DNA of 64,000 bases from Narcine bancroftii (taxonomy: Eukaryota): positions 64,232,001 through 64,296,000 of the forward strand of contig NC_091481.1 of assembly GCF_036971445.1 (NCBI RefSeq), written 5' to 3'. Position numbers and translations under genes: made by a program. A model generated the notes under the pieces. It was not told the DNA's origin, searched no databases, and saw only the letters and a list, made by a program, of their open reading frames with translations. Each line of letters begins with the position of its first letter. Positions within the stretch are counted from its first letter, which is position 1. Positions 49,036 through 63,407 of this stretch are shown piece after piece.

Positions 49036-51785
49036 CGAGGAGTGGGGAGGGATGGGGTGATCAGGACAAGTCAAGGGTAGGCACTTCTTGTCCGCACTTC
49101 CGCCCATTTCTAATCGTGGGTCCCCCTCAAGGGTGGCAGGTGGAGGAGGGGGCATAATGCAGCTTCTCCTCCTCTTTCCCCCCCCATCCCCCCCAGGTCT
49201 GCTCCCCAATCCATGGTGGGATAGCCAGGAAACCGAGCACCCCAGGGTGGCATGCCACTGCTGCAGGGTCCACCAAGGCAGGACCCATTCGACTGTCAGC
49301 GAGAGAGGCTTGGATCATCAGTGCAGACAGAGCTGAGTTAACACCGATCCTCTCTTTGCAGGGCTGCTGGTAGTTTATACTTCTGTTGCGTTTGTGTAGC
49401 ACCTTAAGGCCCTGCACTTAGCAGTGTCACCAGGCAAAAGTCGAGGGCATTCCACAGAACATGTTTTGAGGCAAGTGGGTGGTCGTGGGGTGAGGGAAAT
49501 TTGAGAATCATCTTGATGATTTTAGTGGGTTGGGAGAAAGGTAGAGAGGTTTAACATTGAATGTTACACCACGGAATCAGCCCTTCAACCCTCAATGTTG
49601 TACTGACCTATACTAACAAAAAAAAGAAACCCTCCCAACCCTGTAACCCTCTATTTTTTCTATCAGTCTCAGAGTCTCTTAAATATCCCTCTTATTTCAG
49701 CCTTCCTGGCGTTCTTCCAGGCACCCACAACTCTTTTTTAAAAAATGTATTCCTGATGTCTCACCTCAACTTTTCTCCCTTCACTTTGTACAGATATCCT
49801 CTGGTGTTTGCTATTCTGGGATAAAGGATCAGGCTGTCCATCTTATCTATGCCTCTCAGAATCTCTATGAAGTCTCTCCTCCTTCTTTGGTCTAAAGAGG
49901 AAAGTCTCAGCTCTGCTAACCTTGCCTCATAAGACTAATTTTCCAATCCAGGACACATCCTGGTAAATCTCTTCACCCTCTCCATAGCTTCCATATCCTT
50001 CCTGTAATGAGGTGACCCGAACTGAACACAATACTGTCACTGAAGTCTCACCAGAAATTTGTTACATTTTGGGAAGAAATATCCAGGCTCCAGACCTAGG
50101 CGGCTGAAAGCATGGCCACCGGCCACAGAGTAAGGGGTCAGAGAGGCATACGGAGAGGGGGGTTGAGACAACAGTTTAAGGCCTCATTTGACAGTGTGAT
50201 GTCTGAGTGGGTCGTCGGGACATCTTCCGATGCAGGCAGCGGGAGTTGAGGGTACTTGCAGAGACTGGAATGAGGGAGGTCCGGCAGGAACGCGGTGAAC
50301 GACAGCGGTGAGGGGCATTGGTCTTAACTCTCGAAACTGACCCCAAGTTTGGGAATGCAAAGCCGAGCATTTGTTGGTAATGGCCAGGATTCCTTAAATA
50401 GTTCTGTCTCTCCTTGTTGCAATGCCTCCCCGGTATAGCCAATGGATTTAATTGAAGTTCTGAAGTGAGCTTGTGCCGTGTTGTCTGAAATACACTGCTG
50501 GAAAAGAAGATGATGTGGATCATTCAACTTTCCAAAGGAATTTCGACGCAACTTTAAATGGGAGAGAGTTCTAAAAGAAGGGAGAGGGTCATTGGAGGAA
50601 ACTTCAGAACTGGCATTGGCAAGGTGGGCCCAATGTCCTCCTTTTTGCTGTAAATTCATGTTAGTTACAGGATTATACTTTTCACAATCGCTGGTCTTTC
50701 TGTTATAAAGACCCCCCGTGATCAGATTCACTCCCTCAATTAGGCCTCAGTCACCAGGTTTCCAGCTGAAGGGATTGCATGTTGGACGTGTGGGTGTCCA
50801 TCTTGAAGCTCATTGCTGTTCCACGATTTGGGGGGCATCGAACTCCTCAATGTCTCTCTCCTGGCACTACCTGTGCCTTTGATAGCCTCCACCTTTGCTC
50901 CAGATTTCGTGGAGGAAGGATGAGGCTTTTGGAAGGCCATGATTGCCCTGGAGAGAGGGTGCAGAGGATTATGGTGATGTCTCAGCAAAGGGTTCCAACC
51001 TGAAGGATTGACTGTTCTCTTTCTCCCTCCCCCCCCCCCCCCCCCCCCCCCCCCACAGCCTGCTGATTTCCACCGGCAAATTGCTTTCTGCTCCAGATTT
51101 CAGCACCTGGCGTCTTGTGTCGCTGGGATGTTGCAAGGAGAGGATGGGTTTATGTACATTGGTGCTGAGGAGACTTGCGGGGGTGCCTGATGGAGGTCCG
51201 TCTGAGGGGTGTTCATTACGATGGCTGGGGGGAGGTAAAAGTTTTTCCCAGCATGAAGACAAGTAAAGCCAGTAGGCACTGGTTCAGGACAAGGGTTAGA
51301 CGGGATCAGAGGAAATGGCTCAGGATCCTGCTGCCACAGGAGGCTTGACGTTTCTGAAGTATCTTGGCAGGTGATATACCAGGAGCTGGTAAATGGGATG
51401 AGTACTGATGAGGCCTTGAAGGGACAAGAGGGGCAGAAAGGCTGTCCTGAGTTGGATGAGATTGACAGATCTGAAAAAATAATCACCTTAGCTGGAGTTG
51501 TTTGGAGTTTTGAACGTGTTCTGGGAATGGGTGAAGCCCCTCACGAGCAATCCACAACACTCAGTGACTCTCTGTTCAGCTCATTCAGCTGGACAAAGTG
51601 GGCTTTATTTATACTGGAACCAGATGGGGGATAAGATTTTTTAAATTTTTTTAAAGTGGACCATGCTGTGACTTGAAATAATTTTGAGAAGATCACTTCG
51701 ATTTTTGTTTCTGAAGTGCGGGAATTGTGAAAGTCGTCATTTTGTCTTACCTGGTGTCCCAGCGAGGTGCTGGTGTTCCCCGCCC

Positions 51786-52706
51786 TAGTGGCATCACTAG
51801 GATTGGTGTCACCCAGTACAGTAACTCTTGGCGTCACACCCCCCCCCCAAATTAGCAATATTTGAAGAAGAAAAAAATATATACAGGTAAGCCCCGTTCT
51901 ATGGATACTCGAATTGCAAAAATTCACTTGTACGGAGAACCTGTGTTCACTTTTATGAAGAAATTATAAATGGGTTTTTTATTTTACGAAAGTTGCCTCC
52001 AGTAATCGTCAGTGGGTCTTTGCTTTACGAACTTTCGGTTTCTCAGGAACGCTCTACCTTTGTAAAGCACAGTATACCTGCAGTTGTAAAAATATAGAAT
52101 AATATTTGATGAATATCGCTGTAAATTGTTTAAATGAACTAGTTCTTTAGATTATATGAATACCAACAACAAAATTGTTTTGTAAAATCTTTCTACCTTG
52201 AATGACAACATTATGAGTAACTGAGTGGAACCTTTTTTAATTTTTCTCTTCTTTTAATTACTATTTCAGTCTCAAAAAAGTTATTGATATCAGTTCACAA
52301 ATACTAATGACCACAAGATTGTAGCTAAATCACCAGAAAATTTGACAAAAACATCAGCAGCGACGAAAACAACAGCGCGAGCTGGTAGCGCGGGCAGGTA
52401 GAACCATGCGATTCGAAGCGTCGTCGTCATTGGGGAATAATGACGGCTCTGACCGGAGCCCATTAGAAGGTTCAAAAAGTAAATTAGAACCAAGTTTTGG
52501 CCTCGTAGGGATATTGATACGTGTCAACTGGGCTTACGGAAATTTTTTTTCTTGTTATAACTAACGACAGCGATATTTTTATAAAAGAATAATAAATTTC
52601 TGATGAAATACTGCACAAAAAATTTTGTACTCAGTCATTTTCCCCCCTGGTGGTGTCACCCCAAGCGGTCCGCACATCCCCCCCCCCCAACCCAGTGACA
52701 CCAGTG
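51786..52706 (+). mobile_element. hAT family copy with a nested Tc1/mariner-type MITE (~51883-52082)
   Basis: tagtggcatcactag...cagtgacaccagtg ends and the same core as 35256 (attcgaagcgtcgt, gggcttacggaaa); internal TA-caggta...tacctg MITE. Confidence 0.75.
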
Positions 52707-53011
52707 CACCCCTCTGCATTTGCAGCTCTTTGTTAGTAGGCCTTGAGGTTGGAGAGGGAGTAGTCTGGCTATATGGCCCCTGGAGGTGGTCCCACCTGTG
52801 TCCACACAGTGGCAAAGGGATGGGAATTGTGTCGGATTGGGAGTTGATGAGCCAGCTGCTTTGCCCTGTGGTTGGGGCACGGGGGTAGCCCATGCAGACA
52901 TCGTAAGAATGTACAAACTCCTTAGAGTGCATCGGTTTTATATCTGGGTCACTGGCACCGTAATAGTGTGGTGCTAACCTCTACAATATTAGAAAGTATT
53001 TAAAAATTCGA

Positions 53012-53370
53012 CATGGATTACAACCTTTTTTTTTCCACTCACATCCCACTTTACGTAATCCCGATGCCATCGGTGCTCTGTAATTAGTAAGGGATTGCTT
53101 AAGGTGGGATGTGGGTGGAAATAAAAAATTTGAAAACCACTGTTTTAATCGTCCCTCACTGACTCGTTATGTGCACGGTTTCACAACTCCAAAGGAAATG
53201 GGCCAATGACAATTTTTCTCAAGCAAAATTTTTCAGTAACAACTGGGTCTAGAGGAGTGATTCTCAACCTTCCCTTCCCACTAAGCAATCCCTTATTAAT
53301 CAGAGCACCAATGGCCTAGGGAATACTTGCAGTGGTATGTGAGTGGAAAGAAAAAGGTTGAGAACCACTG
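53012..53370. mobile_element. Charlie-like hAT MITE copy
   Basis: Same sequence family as 59785-60151, inverted; ends GGTTGAGAACCACTG. Confidence 0.8.
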
Positions 53371-56300
53371 GATCACACAATCTTTTTCTATCTAAAGCTT
53401 TATTGCAGGGAGGAATCTGTACCTTGTTTCAGAGTGAGAAAGATAAGCATTAAGTGTCAGGACAGCACTTGACCCTCTTAAGCCACGTTGGCCACCTTCC
53501 AGCACATCAGAGAGTACCCTCCCAACTGGTGAACGGTTGCTGGAGGAGATCCAGCCTCCAATCTGCCCTTGCAGCCAGCTGACTGGTCCAGTTGAGTTTC
53601 TCGCTAGTGTTGATGATGGGAAATTCAGTGATGGTAACTCCTTGGAATGTTCAGTGGACGTCTCTCCATGGTTAACGATGGTTCCCTCTCACTTGTGAGG
53701 TGCGAACTTTACCAGGCTGTGACACCTGTAACAAAGTGAATTGAGGAAAGTTTAGGGGAGATGTCAGGGATAGATTTTTTTTACAGGGAGAGTTGTGGGT
53801 GCCTGAGATGGTGGTGGAGGCTGGAACAATAGACATTTTGGAGACTCAGACAGGCACGGGGATGAAAGAAATATAGGGAGTTATGAGATAGGAAGAGTTT
53901 ATTTTTTGGTATTTATAGGTCGTGGACTGAATGGCCTGTACTGTGCTGTAAAGTTCTATCGTCCGACCTGAATGAGGATGTTGCTAAAAACCTTTCCACT
54001 TGTGCTTGTATCTGAGGATCTAAACAACTTGCTCTCATCAATAAACACTGGACTGCGAAGGGGTGGGCATCGATGAAGCAATGGGAGGTGTTTGGGGACA
54101 GGACGTTGTCTAATGCCCTGGGCTTGGGGTGGTTTAGCTCCAACAACCTCAGTTTGGGGTGTGATTCTAATGAGGGGAGAGCTGGTCCTCTCACCAGATC
54201 AAACGCCGCCTTGACATCACCTTGTCATGAGTTCAGCTCCACGTTTGGACCGACCCTCTGGTGAGTGCTGGACCGAGAGGTCCTGGTAAAATCTAAACTG
54301 TGGCTTCAGTGAGCAAAACAAAAAAGCCAATCTGCTCCCAGAGGAACTCAGCGGATCAAACAGCATCAGTGGGAGAAGGATAATGTTCTGTGTTTCATCA
54401 GGGCATTGGAGAGGAAGGTGTTGGTGAATGAGTTCCACTGGTCAAGCAGCTTCAAAGGTTGAAGTAAGAACACAGCAGGTCAAACAGTGTCCTTAATGCA
54501 GGAAAGATAAAGATACAGAACCGACGTTTTGGGCTTGAGTCCATCATCAAGGTATGGGCAAAATGTAGGTAGGTATCCAAACAGAATAGTGGTGGGGGGA
54601 AGGAACATGGTCCCGCAGATAGGAGGTAATAAGTGGATAGGGTAGGAAGGCCACACTGGCAGACAGGGGGAGGGGGGGGTATGGCTCTGTGAATAGAGAG
54701 GGAAGGGGGTGGGAAGGTGGAGGAAAGAGGGGAGAGTAGCTAGCAGAAACCTGTTAATGCCATTTAGTTGGGGAATCCCCAAATGGAAAATTAGGTGCTG
54801 CTCCTCCAATTTACGGGTGGTTTTGCTGGGAACGTACAGCACGGTAACAGGTCCTTCTGTCCATGAGCAGCCTTGCTGCCTAAATACCCCCTATTAACCT
54901 ACAACCCTGTACATTTTGAAGGGTGGGTAGAAACCGGAACATCCAGGGGAAACCCACGTCTCCTTACAGGCAGTTCCGAATTCGAACCTCAGCCTCTGGC
55001 GCTGCCATAGCGTGGTGCTAACTGTTGTGCCCTTAAAACCGGTGCAAGGGTTTTGCTGGAGGGAGCTGGGAAAGGGTCTGTCCTTGGAAAGAAACTGTCC
55101 TTGAATCTGAAGGTTTTCTGTTTGATGGATTGGGAGGGGGGGGTTTGGTGGTGAGGAGAGAGTGTGTCTTGGGCGGCACACAGGGCCTTACATACATACT
55201 TTGGCTGCTTTCTTGAGAGAGCGGGAGGTGCAAATGGGATCGATGGCCGATTTTTGTATCCAAGGAGTTGTGTGGCAGGATCGATGGAAGAACGTCCTCC
55301 CCACATCCATCCTGTCCAGAATCCTCAGGACATTATATTTTTTCAATTAAGTCTCTTCCCTTTTCAACAAGCCCCAGCCTGTTGAATGTGTCCTCAAGGT
55401 TAGTCGCCCAGTCTTGATCTTTTTTTTTGTTGTTCAGAAACATTTGAATTACTTCCAGTGGCGTTTGCCTTCCTTAAATAAAGATGAGTTGACTGTGTGG
55501 GGACCTCCGGTTTTGGGATTCCACTGCCCTGTGTAACCTTGGATTCGCTATTAGCGGAAGTGGTCAGTGCAAAGCTATTCAAGCACCAGGGACCCAGATT
55601 CGTGTCTGGCTCTGCCCGTGAGGAGTTTGTACGTGTCTGTGTGGGTTTCCTCCGTGGACTCTGGTTTCCTCCCACCCTTCAGAATGAACGGGGTTGTAGG
55701 TTAATGGATGGGCACGGCCGTAAGGGCCTGTTGCCGGGCTGTATCCCTGAAATTTATATATAGAGATAAAATTACCCCTTGCCTTCAGCTGGGGCGATGA
55801 CGGCTCCTCTCTCACGTGGTCACTGATGTTCGCCATAGGGCCTCCTCCCGCCCAGATTCCATGCTGAGTGTCTCCGGGTGAACCCGGCTTGGTTGTCCTA
55901 GAAGCCCCACGACCACCATGTGCAGGGGAGACTGACACGCTGGCCTTATTCTGGGAGGGAAGAAGAAATATCCCTGCTGTCTCCCATAGCTTGGGGAAAT
56001 GCAGGATTGTTGAGTGAACCAAGGGAAACCGGAGGCAGGTGTGGAAAGGGGGAGCATCTGCGGAGAGAAATAGTCCGTCATGGTTGTGGGTCAGGACCCT
56101 GTATCGAGAACTATTTATAATTCATGGATGTTGCTGGGCCTGCTGTATCTCACCGAGCCTGTGGGGAGTTGGCCAACCTGGTATAAATGACTGCCATTGA
56201 CTTAACACACTTAAGAGTATTGTGTTCAGTTCTGGTCACCTCATTATATGAAAGATGTGGAAGCTATGGAGAGGGTGCAGAGGAGATTTACCAGGAAGTT

Positions 56301-56639
56301 GCCTGGATTGGAAAATATGTCTTATGAGGCCAGGTTAGCAGAGCTGGGACTTTCCTCTCTGGATGAAAGGAGCCTTGATAGACAGACAGCTAGTGCCTTT
56401 TTCCCAGGGTGGGAATAGCAAACACCAGGGAACATCTATACAAAATGAAAGGAAGACACTTAGGGGAGACATCAGGGCTAAGTGTTTTAGACCAAGAGTT
56501 GTGGGTGCCTGGAATGCCTTGCTAGGGATGGTGATGGAGGCTGGAACATTAGGGACATTTAAGAGACACTTAGAGAGGCACACGGATGAAAGAAAAAAAC
56601 GTTACAAGGTAGGAAAGGTTTAGTATTTTTTTTGATAGG

Positions 56640-56870
56640 TACAGCATGGTTGGCCTAGCGATTAGCACAATGCCTTTACAGAACCAGTGATCGGGACTGG
56701 AATTCGAATCCGGCGCAGTCTGCAAGGAGTTTGTACATTCTCCCCTTGGCTTTTCCCTAGGGACTCTGGTTTCCTCCTACCGTTCCAAATGTACGGGGAG
56801 TTGTAGGTTAATTGGGTCTAAATTGGACCCTTGGGCCAAAATGGCCTGTTACTGTGCTGTATATCTAATT
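56640..56870 (+). mobile_element. tRNA-derived V-SINE-type SINE (representative copy)
   Basis: B-box-like ttcgaatcc, core gagtttgtacattctcccc...ggtttcctcc and tail ggcctgttactgtgctgta. Copies at ~6080-6320(-), 10620-10820, 11260-11470(-), 12120-12330, 29815-30030, 32030-32240, 39050-39255(-), 45320-45545, 54835-55030(-), 55555-55750 and 63185-63400. Confidence 0.85.
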
Positions 56871-57580
56871 TTCTAAAAGATTCTAAATATGAAGGTCATC
56901 ACAACATCAAGGGTCAAAGGGCTGTAGTGTGTAGTGGTTATTATGTCCTATGAGCGTACAGCACCCTCTAGTCCCTGCTTTGTTCCAGGGAATTTCCCCA
57001 ACTTGACTGCTGAGGTTGCTGCTGTGCTTCTGCCACTCGGTGGGTAGACTGCTTCTCCTACCATTTTGGTAATGTTTCCGCCCCCCCCCCCCCCCACAAA
57101 GGAGCCAAGTAGGGGGCTGTTGCTCTGGGTCGGTTATCTGCTGCCCGCACAAGGGGGCAAGATCCTGCCTCATGGGGCTGTGAAGAGTCAGCTGATGTGG
57201 GCGGACCTCCTTCCCAAGAGGACCACCACTTGAAACGATGGCTGTGTGGTCGGCGTGACCTGTGGTGACTCCGTATTCCCCTCCCCCCCCACCCCCAGGA
57301 GGTGTTTCCAGGTGGACAGTGGGCTGGAATGCGATCTCCATCAGACGGACAGTGAGCGTGGAAGCTGCATCTCACCTTTAATGACATAAATTGACGTTAA
57401 TGTTTCTTGGAGCACAGTTTGCGGTCCCACTTGTTCACGATTCAGGCTCCCTGTCACACTCGCCCAGTGGATGCACACCCATTTAATCTTGCCCCTTCCC
57501 CCATGCACCTATTTCTCTCCCCCCCCATTTCTCTGCCCCTCCCCTCTCTGGTTCCCTATCCCTCCTCTCTCCTACCTCAG

Positions 57581-58149
57581 CTCCCTGCTCCAGTGCAGGC
57601 GCGGCTCCCTGCTCCAGTGCAGGCGCGGCTCCCTGCTCCAGTGCAGGCGCGGCTCCCTGCTCCAGTGCAGGCGCGGCTCCCTGCTCCAGTGCAGGCGCGG
57701 CTCCCTGCTCCAGTGCAGGCGCGGCTCCCTGCTCCAGTGCAGGCGCGGCTCCCTGCTCCAGTGCAGGCGCGGCTCCCTGCTCCAGTGCAGGCGCGGCTCC
57801 CTGCTCCAGTGCAGGCGCGGCTCCCTGCTCCAGTGCAGGCGCGGCTCCCTGCTCCAGTGCAGGCGCGGCTCCCTGCTCCAGTGCAGGCGCGGCTCCCTGC
57901 TCCAGTGCAGGCGCGGCTCCCTGCTCCAGTGCAGGCGCGGCTCCCTGCTCCAGTGCAGGCGCGGCTCCCTGCTCCAGTGCAGGCGCGGCTCCCTGCTCCA
58001 GTGCAGGCGCGGCTCCCTGCTCCAGTGCAGGCGCGGCTCCCTGCTCCAGTGCAGGCGCGGCTCCCTGCTCCAGTGCAGGCGCGGCTCCCTGCTCCAGTGC
58101 AGGCGCGGCTCCCTGCTCCAGTGCAGGCGCGGCTCCCTGCTCCAGTGCA
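57581..58149. repeat. Perfect 24-bp minisatellite (CTCCCTGCTCCAGTGCAGGCGCGG) x ~23.7
   Basis: 23 identical copies plus a partial copy in PRR12 intron 1. Confidence 0.98.
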
Positions 58150-59784
58150 CCGCGCAGAGCTCCCCCACTTCTGCCGGTCGATGGTCAGTTGGATTTGACT
58201 GCATGCTGGGGTCGCTAAGTGGGAGTGGGGCAGGAAGCATCTCTGGAGAGGAAATCGAGCCTTGATGGAAGGTCTTTAACCCTCAGAGGTTCTGTTTCCC
58301 TCTTGCTGGACATGCTGAGTGCTTGGCACATTCTGTTCCCTTTACCTGGGGTTCACTAATGGAGAGCAAGTGGAAGGTTGAGAATAAGTAGATGGTTCTA
58401 TCGGTTTGGGAATCCGCCAGAAACGTTAAATTATGAAACCAGACTTGGCATCAGAACAAATCTAATTGGTGGAGGGAGGGTTGTGGGGGCATTAGGGTAA
58501 CTGCAGTGGTGGGGTGGGGGGCACAAACTGCTGTTCGGGAACTCGATCGGCGGAGGGGTAGGGTCAAGGGTGCCATACCTGCCATGGACCTCCTCTGTCC
58601 ACTGCCGTCACACTCCTCCCCTCCACCCACCCCATCCCGGCGTACCAGACATACGCGTGTGCAGACGAAACCACGAGAATCACTACGATGTCACCCGGTG
58701 ACGCTAGTGCTGTGGGTGGGTGGGGGTGGCACATGACTCATTTGGGAAGGATGGGGTGGCATGGCCTGTGAATGCCACCACTTCCCCCCTTGATGCCGGC
58801 CCTGTACGAAATTCCCACACCAAAGACTTATCCGGTGGGGGGCAGGGGTGTCCGGAGTGACCCTGTAGCTTTCTCCGGTTTCCTCCCACATCCCAAAACC
58901 AGGACAAGCAGTTAATTGGCCAGTGTGCAGGGGCTCCCCTACTTGCGATGGCCCGACGTGTGACTTTTTCGACGTTACAATGGTTCAAATCCATACTTTC
59001 AATTTCAAAGTCCGATCTGTTCCCATGGATGCGGTGCACTATTCTCTTGCGATGCTAGGCATCACACGAAAGAATCGTACAGCACACTTCAAACCTTCTT
59101 CATGTCTAGTGTGCTTTCAGCTGTGAACGTTAACGGTTTTTTTTTTCCAGTGTGGAATAAAGGTATTCGAAATTGTGAAAAGTGGTAGGTACAGTGTTCT
59201 TTTTCGACGTGCTGGGTTTGCTGTTTTGTAACCCCATCGTAAGTTAAAGCTGTTGGTGGCAAAAGTGGGTGGTCAATGGACCCTGTGTCTGCATGGCTGT
59301 GGGCTGTACTCATTGGAGTTTGGAAGAATGAGGGGACAATTTCATGTCCCATAACGAAAGGGAGAGAGGTTGTTTCCACTTGGAAACGTGGGGACCCAGC
59401 CTCAAGATTTGAGGAGGGGTGGGGTGGGTAGAGTTAAGACAAAGTTGAGGAGGAGCTACTTCTGTCAGTGAGGTGTGAATCTGTGGAATTCTCTGCCCAA
59501 GGAAGCAGTTGAGGCTGCCTCAATAAATGTTTTTTTAAGACACAGTTAGATTTTTGAGGGATTGAGGGTGTTGGGGAATGGACCAGTAAACTGAGTCCAC
59601 AATCACATCGGCCATGATTGTATTGAATGGAGGAACAGGCACAATGGGCCAGATGGCTCTTGATGTTCCGACGGTGTGTGTGAGAGAGAAAATGAGTTGA
59701 AAGAGCAATGGGAGAATCCTTGGGGGGGTTATGAGACTCTGCTGGGCACGACATGGGCTGAATGGCTCCTACTTTGTAGTACAG

Positions 59785-60151
59785 CAGTGGTTCTCAACCG
59801 TTTTTCTTCCCACTCACATCCCATGTTAAGTAATCCTTGTGCCATCGGTGCTCTATGATTAGTAAGAGATTGCTTAACGCGGGATGTGAGTGGGAAGGTT
59901 AAGAATCACTGCTCTGGGCCCAATTTTTACTGAAATATTTTGCTGGAGAAAAATTGTCACTGGCCCATTTCCTTTGGAGTTCTGAGACCATGCACATAAT
60001 GAATTAGGGACGATTAAACCAGTGGTTTTCAAACTTTTTCTTTCCACCCACATCCCACCTTAAGCAATCCCTTACTAATCACAGAGCACTGATGGTATAG
60101 GGATTACTTAAAGTGGGACGTGAGTGGAAAGAAAAAGGTTGAGAACCACCG
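59785..60151. mobile_element. Charlie-like hAT MITE
   Basis: TIRs CAGTGGTTCTCAACC...GGTTGAGAACCACCG with a degenerate 8-bp TSD (tagtacag/ttttacag). Related copies at ~53012-53370, ~44607-44881 and partial ~8870-8960. Confidence 0.85.
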
Positions 60152-60419
60152 TTTTACAGTGTAAGTTGTGAAGTTATTTTAAATATTGTGGGGTTGTAAT
60201 TTGAATCCTGCTGTCTGAAAGAACAGCGCAAGCAAGTTGGCTTGGAACCTTCTGGAGGGAGTTGGATAAATAATCCATTGGGCCTCCTGACTTGAGGAAG
60301 GATATACTGGCCTTGGAGGTGGTGCAGAGGAGGTTCACCAGGTTGATTCCAGAGATGAGGGGATTGGCTTATGAGGAGATTGGGTCATCTGGGACTGTAC
60401 TCGCTATAATTTAGAGGGT

Positions 60420-61145
60420 ATACAATCCAGTGATCAATTGGGGGATCAGAGGTGGAGAGGGTGAGCAAATTTAAGTTCTTGGGAGTCACTATCCCGGAGG
60501 ATATTTCCTGGATCCAACATAAGAATGGCATCGTGAAGAAAGCGCATCAGCACGTTTACTTCCTCAGGAGTTTGCAGAGGTTTGGTTTGACGTCGGAAAC
60601 CCTGGCAGATTTCTACATAGGTGTGGTGGAAAGTGCGCTGACCAGCTGCATCAAGGTCTGGTAGGGGGACACCAACGCCTCTGAGCGTAAAGCCCTTCAA
60701 AAGGTAGTGGACACAGCTCAGGACAATCACAGGCAAAACCCTCCCCACCATCGAGAACATCTACAACGAACGCTGCCATTGAAGAGCAGCAGCAATCATC
60801 AAGGACCCTCACCACCCAGCACACACTCTGTTCTCGCTGCTGCCATCAGGAAAGAGGTAATGGGGCTGCAAGACTCACACTCAGGAACAGCTCCTCTCCC
60901 TTCACCGTCGGACTCCTCAACGACAAACTCAGGACTTATTTCAGGACTCTTAATTTCTGAACTTATTAGATTTTTTTTTAACTTCCCTCTGTATTGCACA
61001 GTTTGTTTACCTTTCTTTAATGTTTACATGTGCACATTGAATCAGGTTTTTTTTTGCACTACCAATTAGTGGTAATTCTGCCTGGCCCGCAGGAAATGGA
61101 ATCTCAGGGTTGCATGTCACGTATGTACTCTGACAATAAATCTGA
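60420..61145 (+). mobile_element. Rex/L2-like LINE 3' fragment
   Basis: FKFLGVTI...KKAHQHVYFLRSLQRFG...VVESALT and a tail ending gacaataaatctga. Further copies at ~7150-7560, 12950-13360, 17330-17745, 25920-26200, 43500-43910 and 45620-46130. Confidence 0.85.
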
Positions 61146-63407
61146 GTATTTGAGGACATGCCAAATTTCCTTAAATTTCAGAGGTTCCAGGATGGGTTGG
61201 CAGAGGCAGCTCTGGACACTGCCTTGGCCAAATTGGGACCATTGCAGGGCCTCACTCTGTGCGGCTGAAATCTTTCCTTTCAGGTCGATGGTCAGGAATT
61301 AAAGGGCATTTAAATCAAAGAAAATTGAAAGCGAGCAGATGCTGTGGATCACCTTGTCCACGTAGACACTCAGGTTGCTTCTCTTGCTCCATATCATGAG
61401 ATTTTCCACCTCCTCTCTGTTCTGATGAGGCCAACTCATCTACAACAGGACCATCGATCTATCTGGACTTGGTAGCATGCCTCTGTTTTTACGCTAACTA
61501 GAACTGTGAATATTATTTTCTGTCTCTAATTTATACTTTCTGTTTACTTGCGTAGCTGCTGCAGACTAGAGGTTCAGGGCATCGCGCATTGCGTTGGGGT
61601 ACGCAGCCGACGAGCTCTCCTTTTCTCGCCCTGTTTAGCGAGAGCTGGACAATTGCACCCATCCTCGGGGCCCTCGCCTCAGCCCACATCGGGAGCCATG
61701 TGTGGCACCTGGTTTGGGGACCATTGAGGCCTGGAACCTGCATACTGTGCTTTGGACCCAAGGCAGATGGCGCATTTACCTGCTCTTTTCCCTCGGGAAG
61801 CTGGGACCTGCTGTGCAGACTGGCAGACAATCCCCTCTCCCACGACCCACTGGATGGTGCAGTGCGCGTGTGACTCAATGTCCTCTGCTTTGGTTCCCGT
61901 CATCTTTGATCCTGTATCGGCCCCAGCAGACTGTAGTCATTCTGTAAAACCTAAAGCAATAAAAATCTCACAGTGGGAACCTACAATTAAGAAAATGTTG
62001 TACTGTTTGTCAAGGTATAAGAACAGGGATGTGATGGTGAGACTCTATTAAGCACTGGTGAGACCTCACATGGAGTACGATGTACAGATTTTGGGCACTG
62101 TCTTTGAGAAAAGACCTGCTGACATTGGAGAGGGTTCATAGAAGAATGATACCAGGAATGAAAGGGTTAGCAGATGAGGAACGATTGTCGTCTCTTGGAC
62201 TGCACTCGTTGGAGTATAGAAGGATAAGGGGGGACCTCGTGGAGGAATTTTGAATGCTGAAAGGCCTGGACAGAGTCGATGCAGTGAGGATGTTTCCCAG
62301 GATAGGGGAGTCTAGGACAAGAAGGCACAACTTCAGCCTAAAAGGGCGTCAATTTAAAACCACTGAAAGATTTCTTTAGCCAGAGGGTCGTGAGTCTGTG
62401 GAGCCACAGGCAGCCGTGAAAGCGAGGTGAAGATTGGCAGGTATTTGATTCATCAGGGGGATATGGGGAGAAGGCCGGGGAGTGGGGCTGAGTGGGAGAA
62501 TGGATCAGGTCATGATAGAATGGCGGGGCAGACCGATGGGCCTACCAGACCAGCTCCTGAAAGCCTTCCCCAATATTTTTCTTTTTCCCCTTTGCTCCCT
62601 CCCATCCTGTCCCTGAGGCCAGATGAGCTCCTGATAATTGTATGGCCTCGCTGGCCTGCGTGGAATTAGGCAGACGGTATCGGAGTCCGTGACCTACTTT
62701 TGGGCCCTGTTGAACGGTGCACTGTGGGTTGCTTTAATAACAGGCAAAAATCATTTACTGAAATTAAGAGCCTTTAAAATGCACTGGGATGTGAAACGGG
62801 GATGTTTCTGTCACATTAGTCTGTGTTGCTGTGAACTATTCAGTCAACAGTACCAGTGGGTGTGAGACATATCCGTCTTGAGGAAAACACTGCAGTATAA
62901 TGTATTTTGCTGACTGAATTTAGGTTGTGTTTGGAGAGCTCTGTCTGATTTCCACTGCTTCTGAGGTCCCAATTTGTGGATCATCTTCTTTGGCTCAAGG
63001 ACTCAGCAGGCCGGGCAGCATCCGTGGGGGGAGAGATGATCATTTGGGGTCGGGACCTTTTTTTTGAGACACTCTGTCCCCCCCGTTCCCCCCCCTCAGC
63101 TTAAACCTGCCTCGTTATCCAAGTTCTTCAGCCCACGTGTGGCACCAGGTGGATTGTGTTTGGTCCTCCTGAGAAGGCACGCTTGGCGAGGCGTTATGCG
63201 CAATGCTGTTACAGCGCCAGCGACTGCGGTTCGAAATCCTGCGTTGTCTATAAGGAATTTGTACGTTCTCTCCTCCGGGGTTGGGGATGCTTAGGTTTCC
63301 TCTCACCATTCAAAGACGGACAGGGGTGGGGGTTTGTAGGTCATCTGGGTGTAATTGGGCAGCATGGGCCTGTAACCATGCCGTATGTCTACATTTTAAA
63401 AAAAATA

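Noticed and set aside
51100-51634. Overlapping ~125-codon open frames in PRR12 intron 1
   Set aside because: No resemblance to PRR12 exon 2 or any family I recognise; no convincing splice sites.
57581-58149. CRISPR-like array
   Set aside because: Direct tandem repeats with no spacers, no cas genes and a eukaryotic context.
57407-58265. Long ORFs of 263, 264 and 222 aa (PAPVQARL, LLQCRRGS, HWSREPRL repeats)
   Set aside because: By-product of a stop-free 24-bp minisatellite open in several frames; no splice or homology support.
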